Shown here: in pieces, positions 1 to 12,141 of the stretch
Layout of the letters: every line of letters starts with the position of its first letter
How positions within the stretch are numbered: the stretch's first letter is position 1
The notes under the pieces: generated by a model
Databases searched by the model: none
What the model saw: only the letters and a program-made list of their open reading frames with translations
What the model was told of the DNA's origin: nothing
NCBI GenBank assembly: GCA_032718475.1
Contig: JAUCBJ010000751.1
Coordinates: 979 to 64,978, forward strand
Direction of reading: 5' to 3'
Source of the DNA: Nemertoderma westbladi
Taxonomy: Eukaryota > Animalia > Xenacoelomorpha
DNA length: 64,000 nt
Program-made: the position numbers and the translations under genes

Positions 1-2210
1 CTTACTGGCACATAACTGTTTATAAACTAACCTTACTGGCACATAACTGTTTATAAACTAACCTTATTGGCAGAGAACTGTTTATAAACTAACCTTACTG
101 GCAGAGAACTGTTTATAAACTAACCTTACTGGCAGAGAACTGTTTACAAACTAACCTTACTGGCTGAGAACTGTTTATAAACTAACCTTACTGACAGATA
201 ACTGTTTATAAACTAACCTTACTGGCAGAGAACTGTTTATAAACTAACCTTACAGACAGAGAACTGTTTATAAACTAACCTTACTGACAGAGAACTGTTT
301 ATAAACTAACCTTACTGACAGAGAACTGTTTATAAACTAACTTACTGACAGAGAACTGTTTATAAACTAACCTTACTGGCAGAAAACTGTTTATAAACTA
401 ACCTTACTGGCAAAGAACTGTTTATAAACTAACTTACTGACAGAGAACTGTTTATAAACAAACCTTACTGACAGAGAACTGTTTATAAACTAACCTTACT
501 GGCAGAAAACTGTTTATAAACTAACCTTACTGGCAGAGAACTGTTTATAAACTAACCTTACTGGCAGAGACCTGAGTATAAACTAACCTTACTGGCAGAG
601 AACTGTTTATAAACTAACCTTACTGGCAGAGAACTGTTTATAAACTAACCTTACTGGCAGAGAACTGTTTACAAACTAACCTTACTGACAGATAACTGTT
701 TATAAACTAACCTTACTAGCAGAGAACTGTTTATAAACTAACCTTACTGGCAGAGAACTGTGTATAAACTAACCTTACTGGCAGAGAACTGTTTATAAAC
801 TAACCTTACTGGCAGAGAACTGTTTATAAACTAACTTTACTGGCAGAGAACTGTTTATAAACTAACCTTACTGACAGATAACTGTTTATAAACTAACCTT
901 ACTGGCAGAGAACTGTTTATAAACTAACCTTACTGACAGAGAACTGTTTATAAACTAACCTTACTGGGAGAGAACTGTTTATAAACTAACCTTACTGGCA
1001 GAGAACTGTTTATAAACTAACCTTACTGACAGATAACTGTTTATAAACTAACCTTACTGACAGAGAACTGTTTATAAACTAACCTTACTGGGAGAGAACT
1101 GTTTATAAACTAACCTTACTGGCAGAGAACTGTTTATAAACTAACCTTACTGGCTGAGAACTGTTTATAAACTAACCTTACTGACAGATAACTGTTTATA
1201 AACTAACCTTACTGGCAGAGAACTGTTTATAAACTAACCTTACTGGCAGAAAACTGTTTATAAACTAACCTTACTGGCAGAGAGCTGTTTATAAACTAAC
1301 TTACTGACAGAGAACTGTTTATAAACTAACCTTACTGGCAGAGAACTGTTTATAAACTAACCTTACTGGCAGAGACCTGAGTATAAACTAACCTTACTGG
1401 CAGAGAACTGTTTATAAACTAACCTTACTGGCAGAGAACTGTTTATAAACTAACCTTACTGGCAGAGAACTGTTTACAAACTAACCTTACTGACAGATAA
1501 CTGTTTATAAACTAACCTTACTGGCAGAGAACTGTTTATAAACTAACCTTACTGGCAGAGAACTGTGTATAAACTAACCTTACTGGCAGACTGTTTATAA
1601 ACTAACCTTACTGGCAGAGAACTGTTTATAAACTAACTTTACTGGCAGAGAACTGTTTATAAACTAACCTTACTGACAGATAACTGTTTATAAACTAACC
1701 TTACTGACAGATAACTGTTTATAAACTAACCTTACTGGAAAAGAGAACTGTTTATAAACTAACCTTACTGACAGAGAACTGTTTATAAACTAACCTTACT
1801 GACAGAGAACTGTTTATAAACTAACCTTACTGGCAGAGAACTGTTTATAAACGAACCTTACTGGCACATAACTGTTTATAAACTAACCTTACTGGCACAT
1901 AACTGTTTATAAACTAACCTTATTGGCAGAGAACTGTTTATAAACTAACCTTACTGGCAGAGAACTGTTTATAAACTAACCTTACTGGCAGAGAACTGTT
2001 TACAAACTAACCTTACTGGCTGAGAACTGTTTATAAACTAACCTTACTGACAGATAACTGTTTATAAACTAACCTTACTGGCAGAGAACTGTTTATAAAC
2101 TAACCTTACAGACAGAGAACTGTTTATAAACTAACCTTACTGACAGAGAACTGTTTATAAACTAACCTTACTGACTGAGAACTGTTTATAAACGAACCTT
2201 ACTGGCAGAT
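1..2210. repeat. 31-bp satellite DNA array, block 1 (continues off the left edge)
   Basis: Head-to-tail CTTACTGGCAGAGAACTGTTTATAAACTAAC monomers with point variants; no unique spacers. Confidence 0.98.
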
Positions 2211-2898
2211 TGTAAGAGCGGTTTCTATGCTCTTGTGTATAAAACAATAAGATGATCTATGTGATTGTAATATGTTCAACTATAGTTGGATTTCACCCAG
2301 TTTACACGGTTACGTCCCATAAAGAAGAATAATTTGTTTATTTGATTGGGAATTAGGAGCGTATTTATTATAGAAAATATATAAGATAATAATATACGAT
2401 TATAAGCGGTAAGGGGTAATAAGATAACGGAAACATAAGAACATTAATACATAATAAGAGATCTAATAATATAAACGTAAAATATCGTAAGAGTCAAGAA
2501 TACAAAGTAATAAAGAGTGTTAATAGGGGGAGTTTCCGTTTGGGAAACTGCGGAATGAGATGAACTATAGTGAATGAGTAATGTTGAGCACGGTAAGCTG
2601 TAGAAATACAGTAAAGTAATAATAGGGGTGACAGTGTGGTGGGCCTTGATTGGTTAATGGGTAATAAAGGATTGTAGCGCAGTGGAGATACCTACCTAAT
2701 GTGGCTGAACAGGAGTGAAGGGAAGAATACAGCTGTTTATCTGTATAGGATAAACGGCTGTGAATGGGGGCAGACAATAATGGTCGAATGAGTATGTTGG
2801 AGATGAGATAGATATTGGTTTGCAACAATAAGCTGGGAGAATGGGCGGTAATGTAATGATAATATAATTTTAATGTTTGAGAGCGATCCGCCACTACA
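2211..2898 (-). repeat. 3' LTR of element A
   Basis: Matches 11454-12141; preceded on the minus strand by a polypurine tract. Confidence 0.96.
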
Positions 2899-3576
2899 GT
2901 CCCCCTTAAAAATTTTCAAATTTTTACACGATATCTGGACTTAAAATTGCAAATAATCGAAGGAACATCTTGTCCCACTTAAATAATATTGATCTATGGC
3001 CTTTATATTTTACCTCGGTGGACGAACTGGACATACAAAACAAAGATTACATACAGGACATACATTTAAAAGTATGGGTAAACCATACGAATGACAGATA
3101 AACATAAAGGAAACATATATGACGTACATTTAAAAGTATGGAGTTGCCATACGAGTGAAATAGACGTACAGAAGACAACACATATAACACAGAGGACAAA
3201 CATTTAAAAGTATGGATATACCATACAAAGGAGATAAGAAGCTCCTTGGTATCTAAAGGGTCATTGAAGGTCAAAGATCAACATTATTAATACAATACTT
3301 AAGGAAGGTAATTTGTTCAGTAATGTATTTGACGAAGTTAAGATACGTGTAATATCCAAATAATGTATCGTCAATTTTGTAAAATTAAGTTAAATTGTTT
3401 AGAATATATCTCATCTTACGGACATTATGAAAATAGGAAACGATAAACAATTATTACACAATGATTTAGGATTACAGATTAGGTTGTTAGGAGTGTGGTG
3501 ATAGATTAGTTAGAGTAACTACTATAAGGTGAATAAATTCAAAATACTTATGAATTACACCACTACATTACATTGT

Positions 3577-3654
3577 TTACAATGTACCCTGTAAGCTCGA
3601 CCTTACAATGTACCCTGTAAGCTCGACCTTACAATGTACCCTGTAAGCTCGACC
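3577..3654. repeat. 26-bp tandem repeat x3 in the 3' UTR of element A
   Basis: TTACAATGTACCCTGTAAGCTCGACC three times; each unit has a TTACA/TGTAA inverted pair. Confidence 0.9.
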
Positions 3655-3935
3655 ATCACCAATTGACACGGTTAATACTTAATAATATCTTTACCAATGG
3701 ATCTCTAGTTATAATTTTAAAGTTCGTTGCTTATAGTTCCATTTAACCGAGTTCAATATGCATCCTTCAGTGGTAGTCAACTAAGATGTGGACGACCATC
3801 ACATCATACCCAGGAATTTTGGTAGCTAAAACCTAAAAGGAAATTAAGGGAAATTATTTAATATTTGATAAGTATACAAGGTATGCTGGTTTATTAGTTA
3901 ATTTAATTATAATTAATTTTAGTAGCAGTTTATTG

Positions 3936-5013
3936 TTACTTATTTATTTCCTCTAAGAGGCATAGTTTATCAAGTGGTCTTTTGTAAACTCCCAAGGAGG
4001 TTTTTACTTCAACTGATCTAATTAACCCCACATCATCAGGGTATACTTGCGTTATACGACCCACACTCCAACTACTGCGTGTTTGACCTTCATCTACAAG
4101 CAATACGACATCGCCTACTGCAAGGTTGTTGCGAACACGTGTCCACTTCTGTCTTGATTGAAGTGTCACTAAGTATTCGCGTACCCAGCGGGTCCAAAAA
4201 TGATTGGCTAGTAACTGAGCCTGGCGCCATTTACGAGTTGAGTATGTATCACTGTCGTAGATGGGACCTGGTGGTAAATTGTAAGCAGGGCGCTGTAATA
4301 GAAGGTGGTTCGGAGTTAATATTTCATCAGCTTTAGGGTCATCGGTACTAAGGCACAAGGGGCGGCTGTTTAGAATGCACTCTACTTCTGCTAATGATGT
4401 CACTAACACGTCATCTGTGACAAGAGAATTTCCAAGGACCTGAAACAGAACTTGTTTGATTGAACGGATCAGCCGTTCATATACACCACCCATATGGGGG
4501 GCGTACGGTGTTATAAATTTCCATGTAATGCCCTTTGGGCGCAGGGCAATATCGATCTGATGTTCCCATAGTTCCAGGTTTTGCCGTAATTCTGAATCGG
4601 CACCTACGAAGTTTCCCCCATTGTCTGAAACTATTTCCTTTGGCGAACCTCTCCGTGCTTTAAAACGGGAGAACACATTGATAAAGGCATCAGCTGATGC
4701 ATCAGCAGCTACATCGAGGTGTACTGCTCTACAGTTAAGGCACGTAAAGATAAAGGCATAACGCTTTATAGAACCTCTCCCGTATTTGACCTTTAGTGGA
4801 CCAAACATATCAACGGCTGAAAACGTAAATGGCGGCTCATATGGGGTCAGTCTAGAGGACGGCAATGGCGCCATAAGCTGATTCACACGTGGAGCCTTAC
4901 ATTGCCGACATTTAAAGCACTTAGGTATTAAAGACTTGCAGAAAGTGATAAGGCCAGGGATCCAATAGGATTCCCTTACCTTGGCAACTACTTGGTTGGG
5001 ACCGGCATGTAAT
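3936..5013 (-). CDS. Integrase part of the element A polyprotein (separated from upstream ORF by a frameshift)
   Basis: LHAG..CFKC zinc-binding motif, AVDMFGP, IVSDNGGNF, GGVYERLI (D,D,E), C-terminal RPLDKLCLLE typical of BEL integrases. Confidence 0.93.
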
Positions 5014-8000
5014 TTAATAGATGTGCCAGTGCCATACTATGACATTTGTAAGTGGGTGTAACTTACTCAAAATTATAGGGTGTTTTGTATCGTAGGATAC
5101 TGGGGCGGAGGTAATGCGGCCACCTACCCGCAATAAACCATCCTGAGTTAGGATTGGGGCTAGATTAGCTAGTGGGCTTGAGCAAGCTACTGGGGATGAA
5201 TGCAGTAACATTTGAATTTCGTTGGGATAGGATTGCCTCTGTGAGAAATAAATTAGACATCGTCCAGCATGGTGACGTTCACTTACCGAGACAAATTTCC
5301 CTTTAAGATTTAAGACCGAATTTGGATTTAAAGAATACTTGCAAAGACGTAAGATCCATGCGAACAGAGTCTGTAATTTATTCCATGACGAATGTTTAGC
5401 TATAAGTGAACCTATAGCATTAAATGCTGTGTTAGAATCAATGTGGACATTAAGAATTATTTCAGTGTCAGGATTGTGGTATGGTGTCTGTTCTTCGACA
5501 ACTATGTCAAACCAGAAGTCTGTCATGGTGATGTCATCGTTATAATCAATATCAGATGATACCAATATATGAGAAGTTAACACATCTGGGTTATTGATTA
5601 GTGTATTAGTGATAGTTTCTGGGCATATGGTTGACACTGTCGTCCATGTTTCCTCAGGCTGAACGAGAAAAGGAGGCCCATGCCACCATTTCTGTGAATT
5701 AATGAGCTTGACTGCTGTAAGCCCACGAGTAATGTCATCTGCAGGGTTTAAATGACCAGGTACATGTTGCCATTGTGAACTGGTTGTACGATCAAGGATA
5801 TACTTAGCGCGGTTGTGAACAAAACATCGAAATTGCTTGACGGTGTTGTTTATGTACCCAAGTACGACAGTAGAGTCTGTCCAAAAATAACATTTAGCGA
5901 TTGGTAAGTCTAGGGATTCTAACACAGTTTCACTTACCTGTGCTGCTAAAACTGCAGCTTGGAGCTCTAATCGGGGAACTGAATGTCCAGAGGCTGTACG
6001 AACTAACTTACCTTTGCTGAAAACGAAAGATGAATTTATTTCATTTTCACTTACAGATCGGATGTACAATACTGTACCGTAGGCCACTTTAGAAGCGTCT
6101 GAGAAAATATGTAGCTGGTAGTTGATTGGACCCGAATGGACGGGTATGTACATCCTAGGGATTTCCAGTTCGCTAAGCATAGGAAGTTGATCTCGCCACT
6201 TCATCCATTGACGTGCTGTATCTGGTGGGAGTGGGGTATCCCAGTCTAATTCCATTGACCACATTTTTGCTATAACTAATCGACCTGCTATGATTAAAGG
6301 CAAGATGAAGTTAATGGGATCGTACAATGAGCTAGTCAAAGAGACGCATCCCCGTTTAGTTAATGGTGTGTTTTTAAGCACATAGGAGAATATGAAGTTA
6401 TTTGAATTTGTGTCCCAGGAAACTCCAAGGGCACGGGTTATAGGAAGATTATCAAAATCTAAGTTAATGAAGGATTTTGCCTTTTCTGAATCGGGAAAGG
6501 CATCTAGGAATTGTCTAGAATTGGAGGCAAATTTTGTGAGGTGAAAGCCACCTAATTTGAGGCAATCTACCATCCCAGAAGCGATGTGAATAGCTTCGGA
6601 GACAGATGCTGCACTTTTGAGGCCATCATCCACATACATGTGGCGATTAATGGCATCAATTACCTCCGGGCTAAAATGACTGGCATTATCAATAGCAGTT
6701 CGTTTGACTGATCCTGATGCCACAAAGGATGAATCGCATGCACCAAATATATGTACTAACATTTGGTAAGTCTCCACTGTGGTAGAGCCATCGGGCTGCC
6801 ACAAAAAGCGAAGACTATCGGCATCGCCTGGTGTGACTCTCACCTGGTGGTACATTTCCTTTATGTCGCAGGTGAAAGCCACAGGATATTGTCGAAAACG
6901 CAAAAGAATTCCAATAAGGCTACTGGTGAGATTAGGGCCTTCTAACAGTTGACTATTGAGGGACATCCCTCGGTATAAGGCAGCAGCATCATTTACGATC
7001 CTTATCTCACCAGGCTTGTTGGGATTCTCAACAAAATGATGGGCGAGGTAATATGTCTGTGGCCCTGGGGTTATCTCACATGGTAGGAGTTTGCGAGCAT
7101 AACCCTTCAAGACATAATCGTCTATTTTTTGTTGATAAAGGGCATGGATATGTGGCTTACGATGTAGCTGACGGATTAAATATGCGAAACGGGATTTTGC
7201 CATATTATAATTATTAATTAATAATGGAGGTGAGTCCCTCCAGAGCATTCCTACCTGATAGTGACCATCCACTAGACGCATTGACTTAGAAAACATTTCT
7301 AATGCTTTTAAGTCATCCATGGATGGTGATAGAAACTCATCGATGAGGGGTGAGGGTTTTGGGTCTGAAGGTGAACTTTCAGCAAAACTCTGAAATTTCA
7401 TCCATTGAGTGACCTGTTTAGAGATGTCGCGGTCTGTGCAAGGGTCATTGACTGTGATGTGATTAAACTGTGTTACTGTACTATTGGGTTCAACTGCTTT
7501 ACAGCTCACAGGACCGATTATGCACCATCCAAATGGTGTCCTAATTGCAGAGGGATTAGGGTTCCCAGCCTTTGGGAATACATGTACATCCCTAGCTAGG
7601 GCCTCAGGATGGTTACCACCAACCAGAATTGTGATTGATGGGATATCAAGATTAGGGCAGCATGTCACATATGGCAATATGTGATCTAAGTGCTGGAGCG
7701 TTTTAGGACACAGTTGTGTTACGTCATATGAGTAATCCCTTTTGAAATCGGGGACTACAAATACTTGAGGCATGTTGATGACAAAATTGGGTTTAATTTC
7801 TGGCTGTCCTTTGATAGGTGAGATACTACATGATATTTCCCCTAGAGAAACAGACATATTTGATTGGAAGACAGTACTGACATTAAGAGAAGTTGTTTCG
7901 GTAATGATACCAAGAGTATCGGTTACATTTTTGTCAACAAATGTCGCAGTAGACCCATCATCAAGAAGTGCATATGTAGTGAGTGATTTATTGGCAATGC

Positions 8001-11000
8001 ATATGGTTACTGGGACTACTGATAACCATACGGGTTGTACTTTGGCAATTGATAAGTGTACAGACATGGAATTGGTTGAACTTTGTGCGCTGATGTTGCC
8101 ACCTTTAGATTTTGGTCGGTCGGTGTGGCTACCAGAGCTCTCACTACTCGCATGGTCCTTGACACTCTGTTTCGATTTATTGGAATCGGAAGCCTTTGAA
8201 AATACATACGCACCATGTAATAAGGTATTGTGTTTTCCTTTGCAATCGGGAGCAAAACACACATCAACAGATTTGCAGTCCGGAATAAGATGTGAATTTG
8301 CAAAACATCGAAAGCACAACTGGTATGAACGTACGCAGTTTAACCGTTCTTGTGGTGTAAGATTTAGAAAGGTTTTGCATTGACTGATTTTATGCCCATG
8401 TTGTTTACAGCATGGGCAGGGGTGGGATTTTAACACTTTGGGATTATTACCGACCCCTGAAGTAACTGGGATATGTACTTCAGTGGCCAAGGTTGTAACC
8501 TTTGGGCGAGGCTCAAATGAGCCACGGTCAACTATACTATAAACAGGGTCATTTATAATATCGGCTTCATTGTCAAGGAAGTCCGCAAGCTCATTGAGAG
8601 TGGGTTCCCTTTGAGAACGAGCACGAATACCGTGAGCAACTCGACGCCATCTTGCAAGATGCTCAGTTGGTAGGTTAGAGGCAACTTGTTTGAGGTTCGA
8701 GGTAGCATTCATTTCATGACTGTTGCTTAAGTGCTGAAGAATGGTAACCTTACTTCTTACCTTATCAGCATAGTCACGAAGTTTTTCCCTTTTTATTCCA
8801 AAAGATCCATTTAAATCTACAGAAGAGACGAGATCTCTTAGTGTAGCTTCAATGATTACACTAGGGTGACCATAACGTTTATGCAAGGTCTCCCAAGCCT
8901 TAGTGTAACCATTTGAAAGTCCTTCATAAGCCTCAACTAGCTCATGAGGTTTGCCAGACGTATATTGTAAAAGGTACTGCAATTTTTCCACATCAGAAAA
9001 ATCACGTAAGTCGATATGGGCCTTAAAGGTAGCCACAAAAGATATATACTTAGCTGAATCACCACTAAATTTTGTAGGTTCAGGGCGTGGCAAGGATAGC
9101 TTAGTATTTAATTTGCCTAAGGCATCTAGGGTGTGAGAGAGACCAGAATCTTGTAAGGCAAAATCTGATGGTGCACCATTGTGTGGGTTGGATAATGGGG
9201 ACCCTCCAAAATAGGCACCACTTTTTACTATAGTGGGGTCACCTGCAATGGAAATACAAGATCTATCATTAGGGTTCATGGATGTAATACTCGATAGTGC
9301 AGAAATAGGAGCATTTCTATCGAAATATACTGGACCATTGTGTCCCCCCATGGCAAATTGTACATGATTTGAATTAGGAGCATTTACTGCAGACTGACCA
9401 ACAGAGATTGAACTAGCAGTTACAGATGCTACAGGATTACATAAAAATCCAGGAGTCTCACTGTATTGATACTGTAGGCCAGTGGTACTATATGGGAAAT
9501 ATTGTCCCTCGTCATATAAGTTTTGTCCCCCCATGGTAAATGATGGGACGTGAGATATATTATGGGTATTGTATCGCGCAGAAGAGGCAAACTTGGGGCG
9601 CCTCTCTTGTGCAGATTGACCCGGAACATTGATGGGACATGATGGGACACTTTGACCTATGGGGTGGGAAGGGTGGGGGAATTGTCCCCCTATGGGGTAT
9701 GTTGAAACATATATAGATGGACATGTAAGGCTATTTACATCAAGAGATGTAAATGCCACAGGCTCCTCTTGACTAGATTGTTCCTGGCTGGTAGTAAGAT
9801 AGGATGGGACATATTGTCCTCCAGAAGTATAGGATGAATAAATGCATTGTCCGGCCGAGGAACTTCTAGGATATCTCTGAGAATACTGACTTAAGGAAGA
9901 TGCAGTATTAAAAGGCGATGTTGGGGGTATAAAGAGACCAGTTGTACAAAAATTACCTAGTGGGATAATTTCAGAAACTCTACTATTAATTAGCGCACTA
10001 GTGGGTCTTATAGGAGACGTAAGAGAAAAAATTGGAAGTTGAGATGACACTACTGACGTTGTTTCTACAGTGACAGGGTAGGAATGAGATTGACTAGACT
10101 GCAGATTATTTTGTGCTGATTCATAGGAATCTGAGGCACTCACATTAACAGGTAGGCCCGTGGTTGCTATGGCAACAGGGTCGACTGGAGACTCTGATTG
10201 GATCCTTGTATTAACAGTCACATTATTGTTAAGATTACTTTCAGTTTGTACACCAATTGGTACGTCATACGTGGGAGATCTTTTTGGTGATTGTAAAAGC
10301 GCAGAAGCTACATAATCTGCTTCTGCTTCTCCAAATTCAGGTGATTTCAACTCTAAAGCTTCTTCAAGTGCTGCAAGTGCAAGAGCATCGCGTAGGCCAC
10401 GTTCCTTTGCCAAGCGAGAAATTTCTTTCTGTTGCCGCTCTGATTTTTGTAATAGCCGCTCTGATTTTTGTAATATCAATGTGTCAGCCTGATCTGCCTG
10501 AGCAGCTGCTCCTGACTGCTCGAGCTGTAGCAGGAGTAATTTTCGCTTGACTTTGGCACGATGAACTCGAACTGATGCGCTCGTCGAGGCTCGAGAATGT
10601 GCTGTAGAACCAGAGTGAGTTGAAATTGTTCGATTACGTTTGAGCTCGCCAACTTGCAATTGTTCATGAGATGATACATACTGTGGAACATCTGAAGACA
10701 CAACTACAATAGGTATGGCGTTACTCCGACATGTCTGGGTCTGAGTCACGGTCTGCTCATTGCTATTAATATATTCGCGAATGTCATTGAGTTTAGATTC
10801 AAGGTCTGACAGTACAGTTACTGATTGTGCAGCTAGCTCACGTGACACATCAGAAAAACCAAATCTTTCGAAATCGAAAGTTGATTTTTCATAGTGACTA
10901 CACAAAGATTTGTATACATTAATACAAGAATTAAATATAGAATCGATATTAGTAGGGTCGAATGTAGCAGACCTTTGAATGGTAAACTCATTGAAACGTC

Positions 11001-11232
11001 GTGTAAAATGAGCCTTATAACCAGCAATCGTTCTCTTTACGTGAGTTAGATTAGGTACTGAACTCTCACTAGACATTTCTACGGTAGGATTTACAACAGA
11101 TGCAACAGGAGTTGGTGAGATAACGTTTTCAATACGTGTAGATGTAAGAGGTGACTTACCAGACTGTGTGGATACATCAGATTCCGAAGCTGAATGAATT
11201 TCGTCGTCCATTTGAACACCTTTGTTGTCCAT
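5014..11232 (-). CDS. Gag-protease-RT-RNase H polyprotein of element A
   Basis: Open frame of about 2070 codons from the first ATG; knuckles CPCCKQHGHKISQC, CFRCFANSHLIPDC, CFAPDCKGKHNTLLH; protease ALLDDGS; RT DIKEMYHQV and YVDD; RNase H FSDASKVAYG, PRLELQAA, FWTDS, NPADDITRG. Confidence 0.95.
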   Translation of the reverse strand: MDNKGVQMDDEIHSASESDVSTQSGKSPLTSTRIENVISPTPVASVVNPTVEMSSESSVPNLTHVKRTIAGYKAHFTRRFNEFTIQRSATFDPTNIDSIFNSCINVYKSLCSHYEKSTFDFERFGFSDVSRELAAQSVTVLSDLESKLNDIREYINSNEQTVTQTQTCRSNAIPIVVVSSDVPQYVSSHEQLQVGELKRNRTISTHSGSTAHSRASTSASVRVHRAKVKRKLLLLQLEQSGAAAQADQADTLILQKSERLLQKSERQQKEISRLAKERGLRDALALAALEEALELKSPEFGEAEADYVASALLQSPKRSPTYDVPIGVQTESNLNNNVTVNTRIQSESPVDPVAIATTGLPVNVSASDSYESAQNNLQSSQSHSYPVTVETTSVVSSQLPIFSLTSPIRPTSALINSRVSEIIPLGNFCTTGLFIPPTSPFNTASSLSQYSQRYPRSSSAGQCIYSSYTSGGQYVPSYLTTSQEQSSQEEPVAFTSLDVNSLTCPSIYVSTYPIGGQFPHPSHPIGQSVPSCPINVPGQSAQERRPKFASSARYNTHNISHVPSFTMGGQNLYDEGQYFPYSTTGLQYQYSETPGFLCNPVASVTASSISVGQSAVNAPNSNHVQFAMGGHNGPVYFDRNAPISALSSITSMNPNDRSCISIAGDPTIVKSGAYFGGSPLSNPHNGAPSDFALQDSGLSHTLDALGKLNTKLSLPRPEPTKFSGDSAKYISFVATFKAHIDLRDFSDVEKLQYLLQYTSGKPHELVEAYEGLSNGYTKAWETLHKRYGHPSVIIEATLRDLVSSVDLNGSFGIKREKLRDYADKVRSKVTILQHLSNSHEMNATSNLKQVASNLPTEHLARWRRVAHGIRARSQREPTLNELADFLDNEADIINDPVYSIVDRGSFEPRPKVTTLATEVHIPVTSGVGNNPKVLKSHPCPCCKQHGHKISQCKTFLNLTPQERLNCVRSYQLCFRCFANSHLIPDCKSVDVCFAPDCKGKHNTLLHGAYVFSKASDSNKSKQSVKDHASSESSGSHTDRPKSKGGNISAQSSTNSMSVHLSIAKVQPVWLSVVPVTICIANKSLTTYALLDDGSTATFVDKNVTDTLGIITETTSLNVSTVFQSNMSVSLGEISCSISPIKGQPEIKPNFVINMPQVFVVPDFKRDYSYDVTQLCPKTLQHLDHILPYVTCCPNLDIPSITILVGGNHPEALARDVHVFPKAGNPNPSAIRTPFGWCIIGPVSCKAVEPNSTVTQFNHITVNDPCTDRDISKQVTQWMKFQSFAESSPSDPKPSPLIDEFLSPSMDDLKALEMFSKSMRLVDGHYQVGMLWRDSPPLLINNYNMAKSRFAYLIRQLHRKPHIHALYQQKIDDYVLKGYARKLLPCEITPGPQTYYLAHHFVENPNKPGEIRIVNDAAALYRGMSLNSQLLEGPNLTSSLIGILLRFRQYPVAFTCDIKEMYHQVRVTPGDADSLRFLWQPDGSTTVETYQMLVHIFGACDSSFVASGSVKRTAIDNASHFSPEVIDAINRHMYVDDGLKSAASVSEAIHIASGMVDCLKLGGFHLTKFASNSRQFLDAFPDSEKAKSFINLDFDNLPITRALGVSWDTNSNNFIFSYVLKNTPLTKRGCVSLTSSLYDPINFILPLIIAGRLVIAKMWSMELDWDTPLPPDTARQWMKWRDQLPMLSELEIPRMYIPVHSGPINYQLHIFSDASKVAYGTVLYIRSVSENEINSSFVFSKGKLVRTASGHSVPRLELQAAVLAAQVSETVLESLDLPIAKCYFWTDSTVVLGYINNTVKQFRCFVHNRAKYILDRTTSSQWQHVPGHLNPADDITRGLTAVKLINSQKWWHGPPFLVQPEETWTTVSTICPETITNTLINNPDVLTSHILVSSDIDYNDDITMTDFWFDIVVEEQTPYHNPDTEIILNVHIDSNTAFNAIGSLIAKHSSWNKLQTLFAWILRLCKYSLNPNSVLNLKGKFVSVSERHHAGRCLIYFSQRQSYPNEIQMLLHSSPVACSSPLANLAPILTQDGLLRVGGRITSAPVSYDTKHPIILSKLHPLTNVIVWHWHIY

Positions 11233-11443
11233 ATTTGTATCCAAATTAAATAAAGGTGTCGTCTTCAAAATTAAAGTCTAGCTACGGTAGTTAGAATCGC
11301 CTAAATAGACTGTAATACATACCAACTTGGCTACAAAAGCTTAGTAACGTGGTATAGTAAAGAATTACTAAGAAATAAAATAATTAATATACAATTTAAT
11401 TTATTTATTTATAATTGTAAATTTCATAGAGTTTTATTTGAGT

Positions 11444-11453
11444 TTTCCCAAAC
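11444..11453 (-). promoter_or_regulatory. Putative self-priming PBS of element A (GTTTGGGAAA)
   Basis: First 10 nt after the 5' LTR; exact inverted copy at 11781-11790 inside the LTR. Confidence 0.7.
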
Positions 11454-12141
11454 TGTAAGAGCGGTTTCTATGCTCTTGTGTATAAAACAATAAGATGATC
11501 TATGTGATTGTAATATGTTCAACTATAGTTGGATTTCACCCAGTTTACACGGTTACGTCCCATAAAGAAGAATAATTTGTTTATTTGATTGGGAATTAGG
11601 AGCGTATTTATTATAGAAAATATATAAGATAATAATATACGATTATAAGCGGTAAGGGGTAATAAGATAACGGAAACATAAGAACATTAATACATAATAA
11701 GAGATCTAATAATATAAACGTAAAATATCGTAAGAGTCAAGAATACAAAGTAATAAAGAGTGTTAATAGGGGGAGTTTCCGTTTGGGAAACTGCGGAATG
11801 AGATGAACTATAGTGAATGAGTAATGTTGAGCACGGTAAGCTGTAGAAATACAGTAAAGTAATAATAGGGGTGACAGTGTGGTGGGCCTTAATTGGTTAA
11901 TGGGTAATAAAGGATTGTAGCGCAGTGGAGATACCTACCTAATGTGGCTGAACAGGAGTGAAGGGAAGAATACAGCTGTTTATCTGTATAGGATAAACGG
12001 CTGTGAATGGGGGCAGACAATAATGGTCGAATGAGTATGTTGGAGATGAGATAGATATTGGTTTGCAACAATAAGCTGGGAGAATGGGCGGTAATGTAAT
12101 GATAATATAATTTTAATGTTTGAGAGCGATCCGCCACTACA
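11454..12141 (-). repeat. 5' LTR of element A
   Basis: 688 bp, TG..CA; AATAAA on minus strand at 11607-11612 and 11580-11585. Confidence 0.96.

Larger units (their letters stand above)
2211..12141 (-). mobile_element. Full-length BEL/Pao LTR retrotransposon (element A, 9.9 kb)
   Basis: Two 688-bp TG..CA LTRs (2211-2898, 11454-12141) with one mismatch noticed; 5-bp TSD CAGAT (2206-2210, 12142-12146); PPT AAGGGGGAC on minus strand at 2899-2907; gag-pro-RT-RH-IN order with BEL triple zinc knuckle. Confidence 0.97.

Noticed and set aside
2565-2919. Short ORFs in the element A LTR (also 11889-12137, 17989-18228)
   Set aside because: Non-ATG starts, no motifs, disrupted differently in each LTR copy.
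11430-11450. TGGGAAAACTC as a canonical tRNA PBS
   Set aside because: TGG is offset 3 nt from the LTR and I recognise no cytosolic tRNA 3' end matching it; not excluded without a search.
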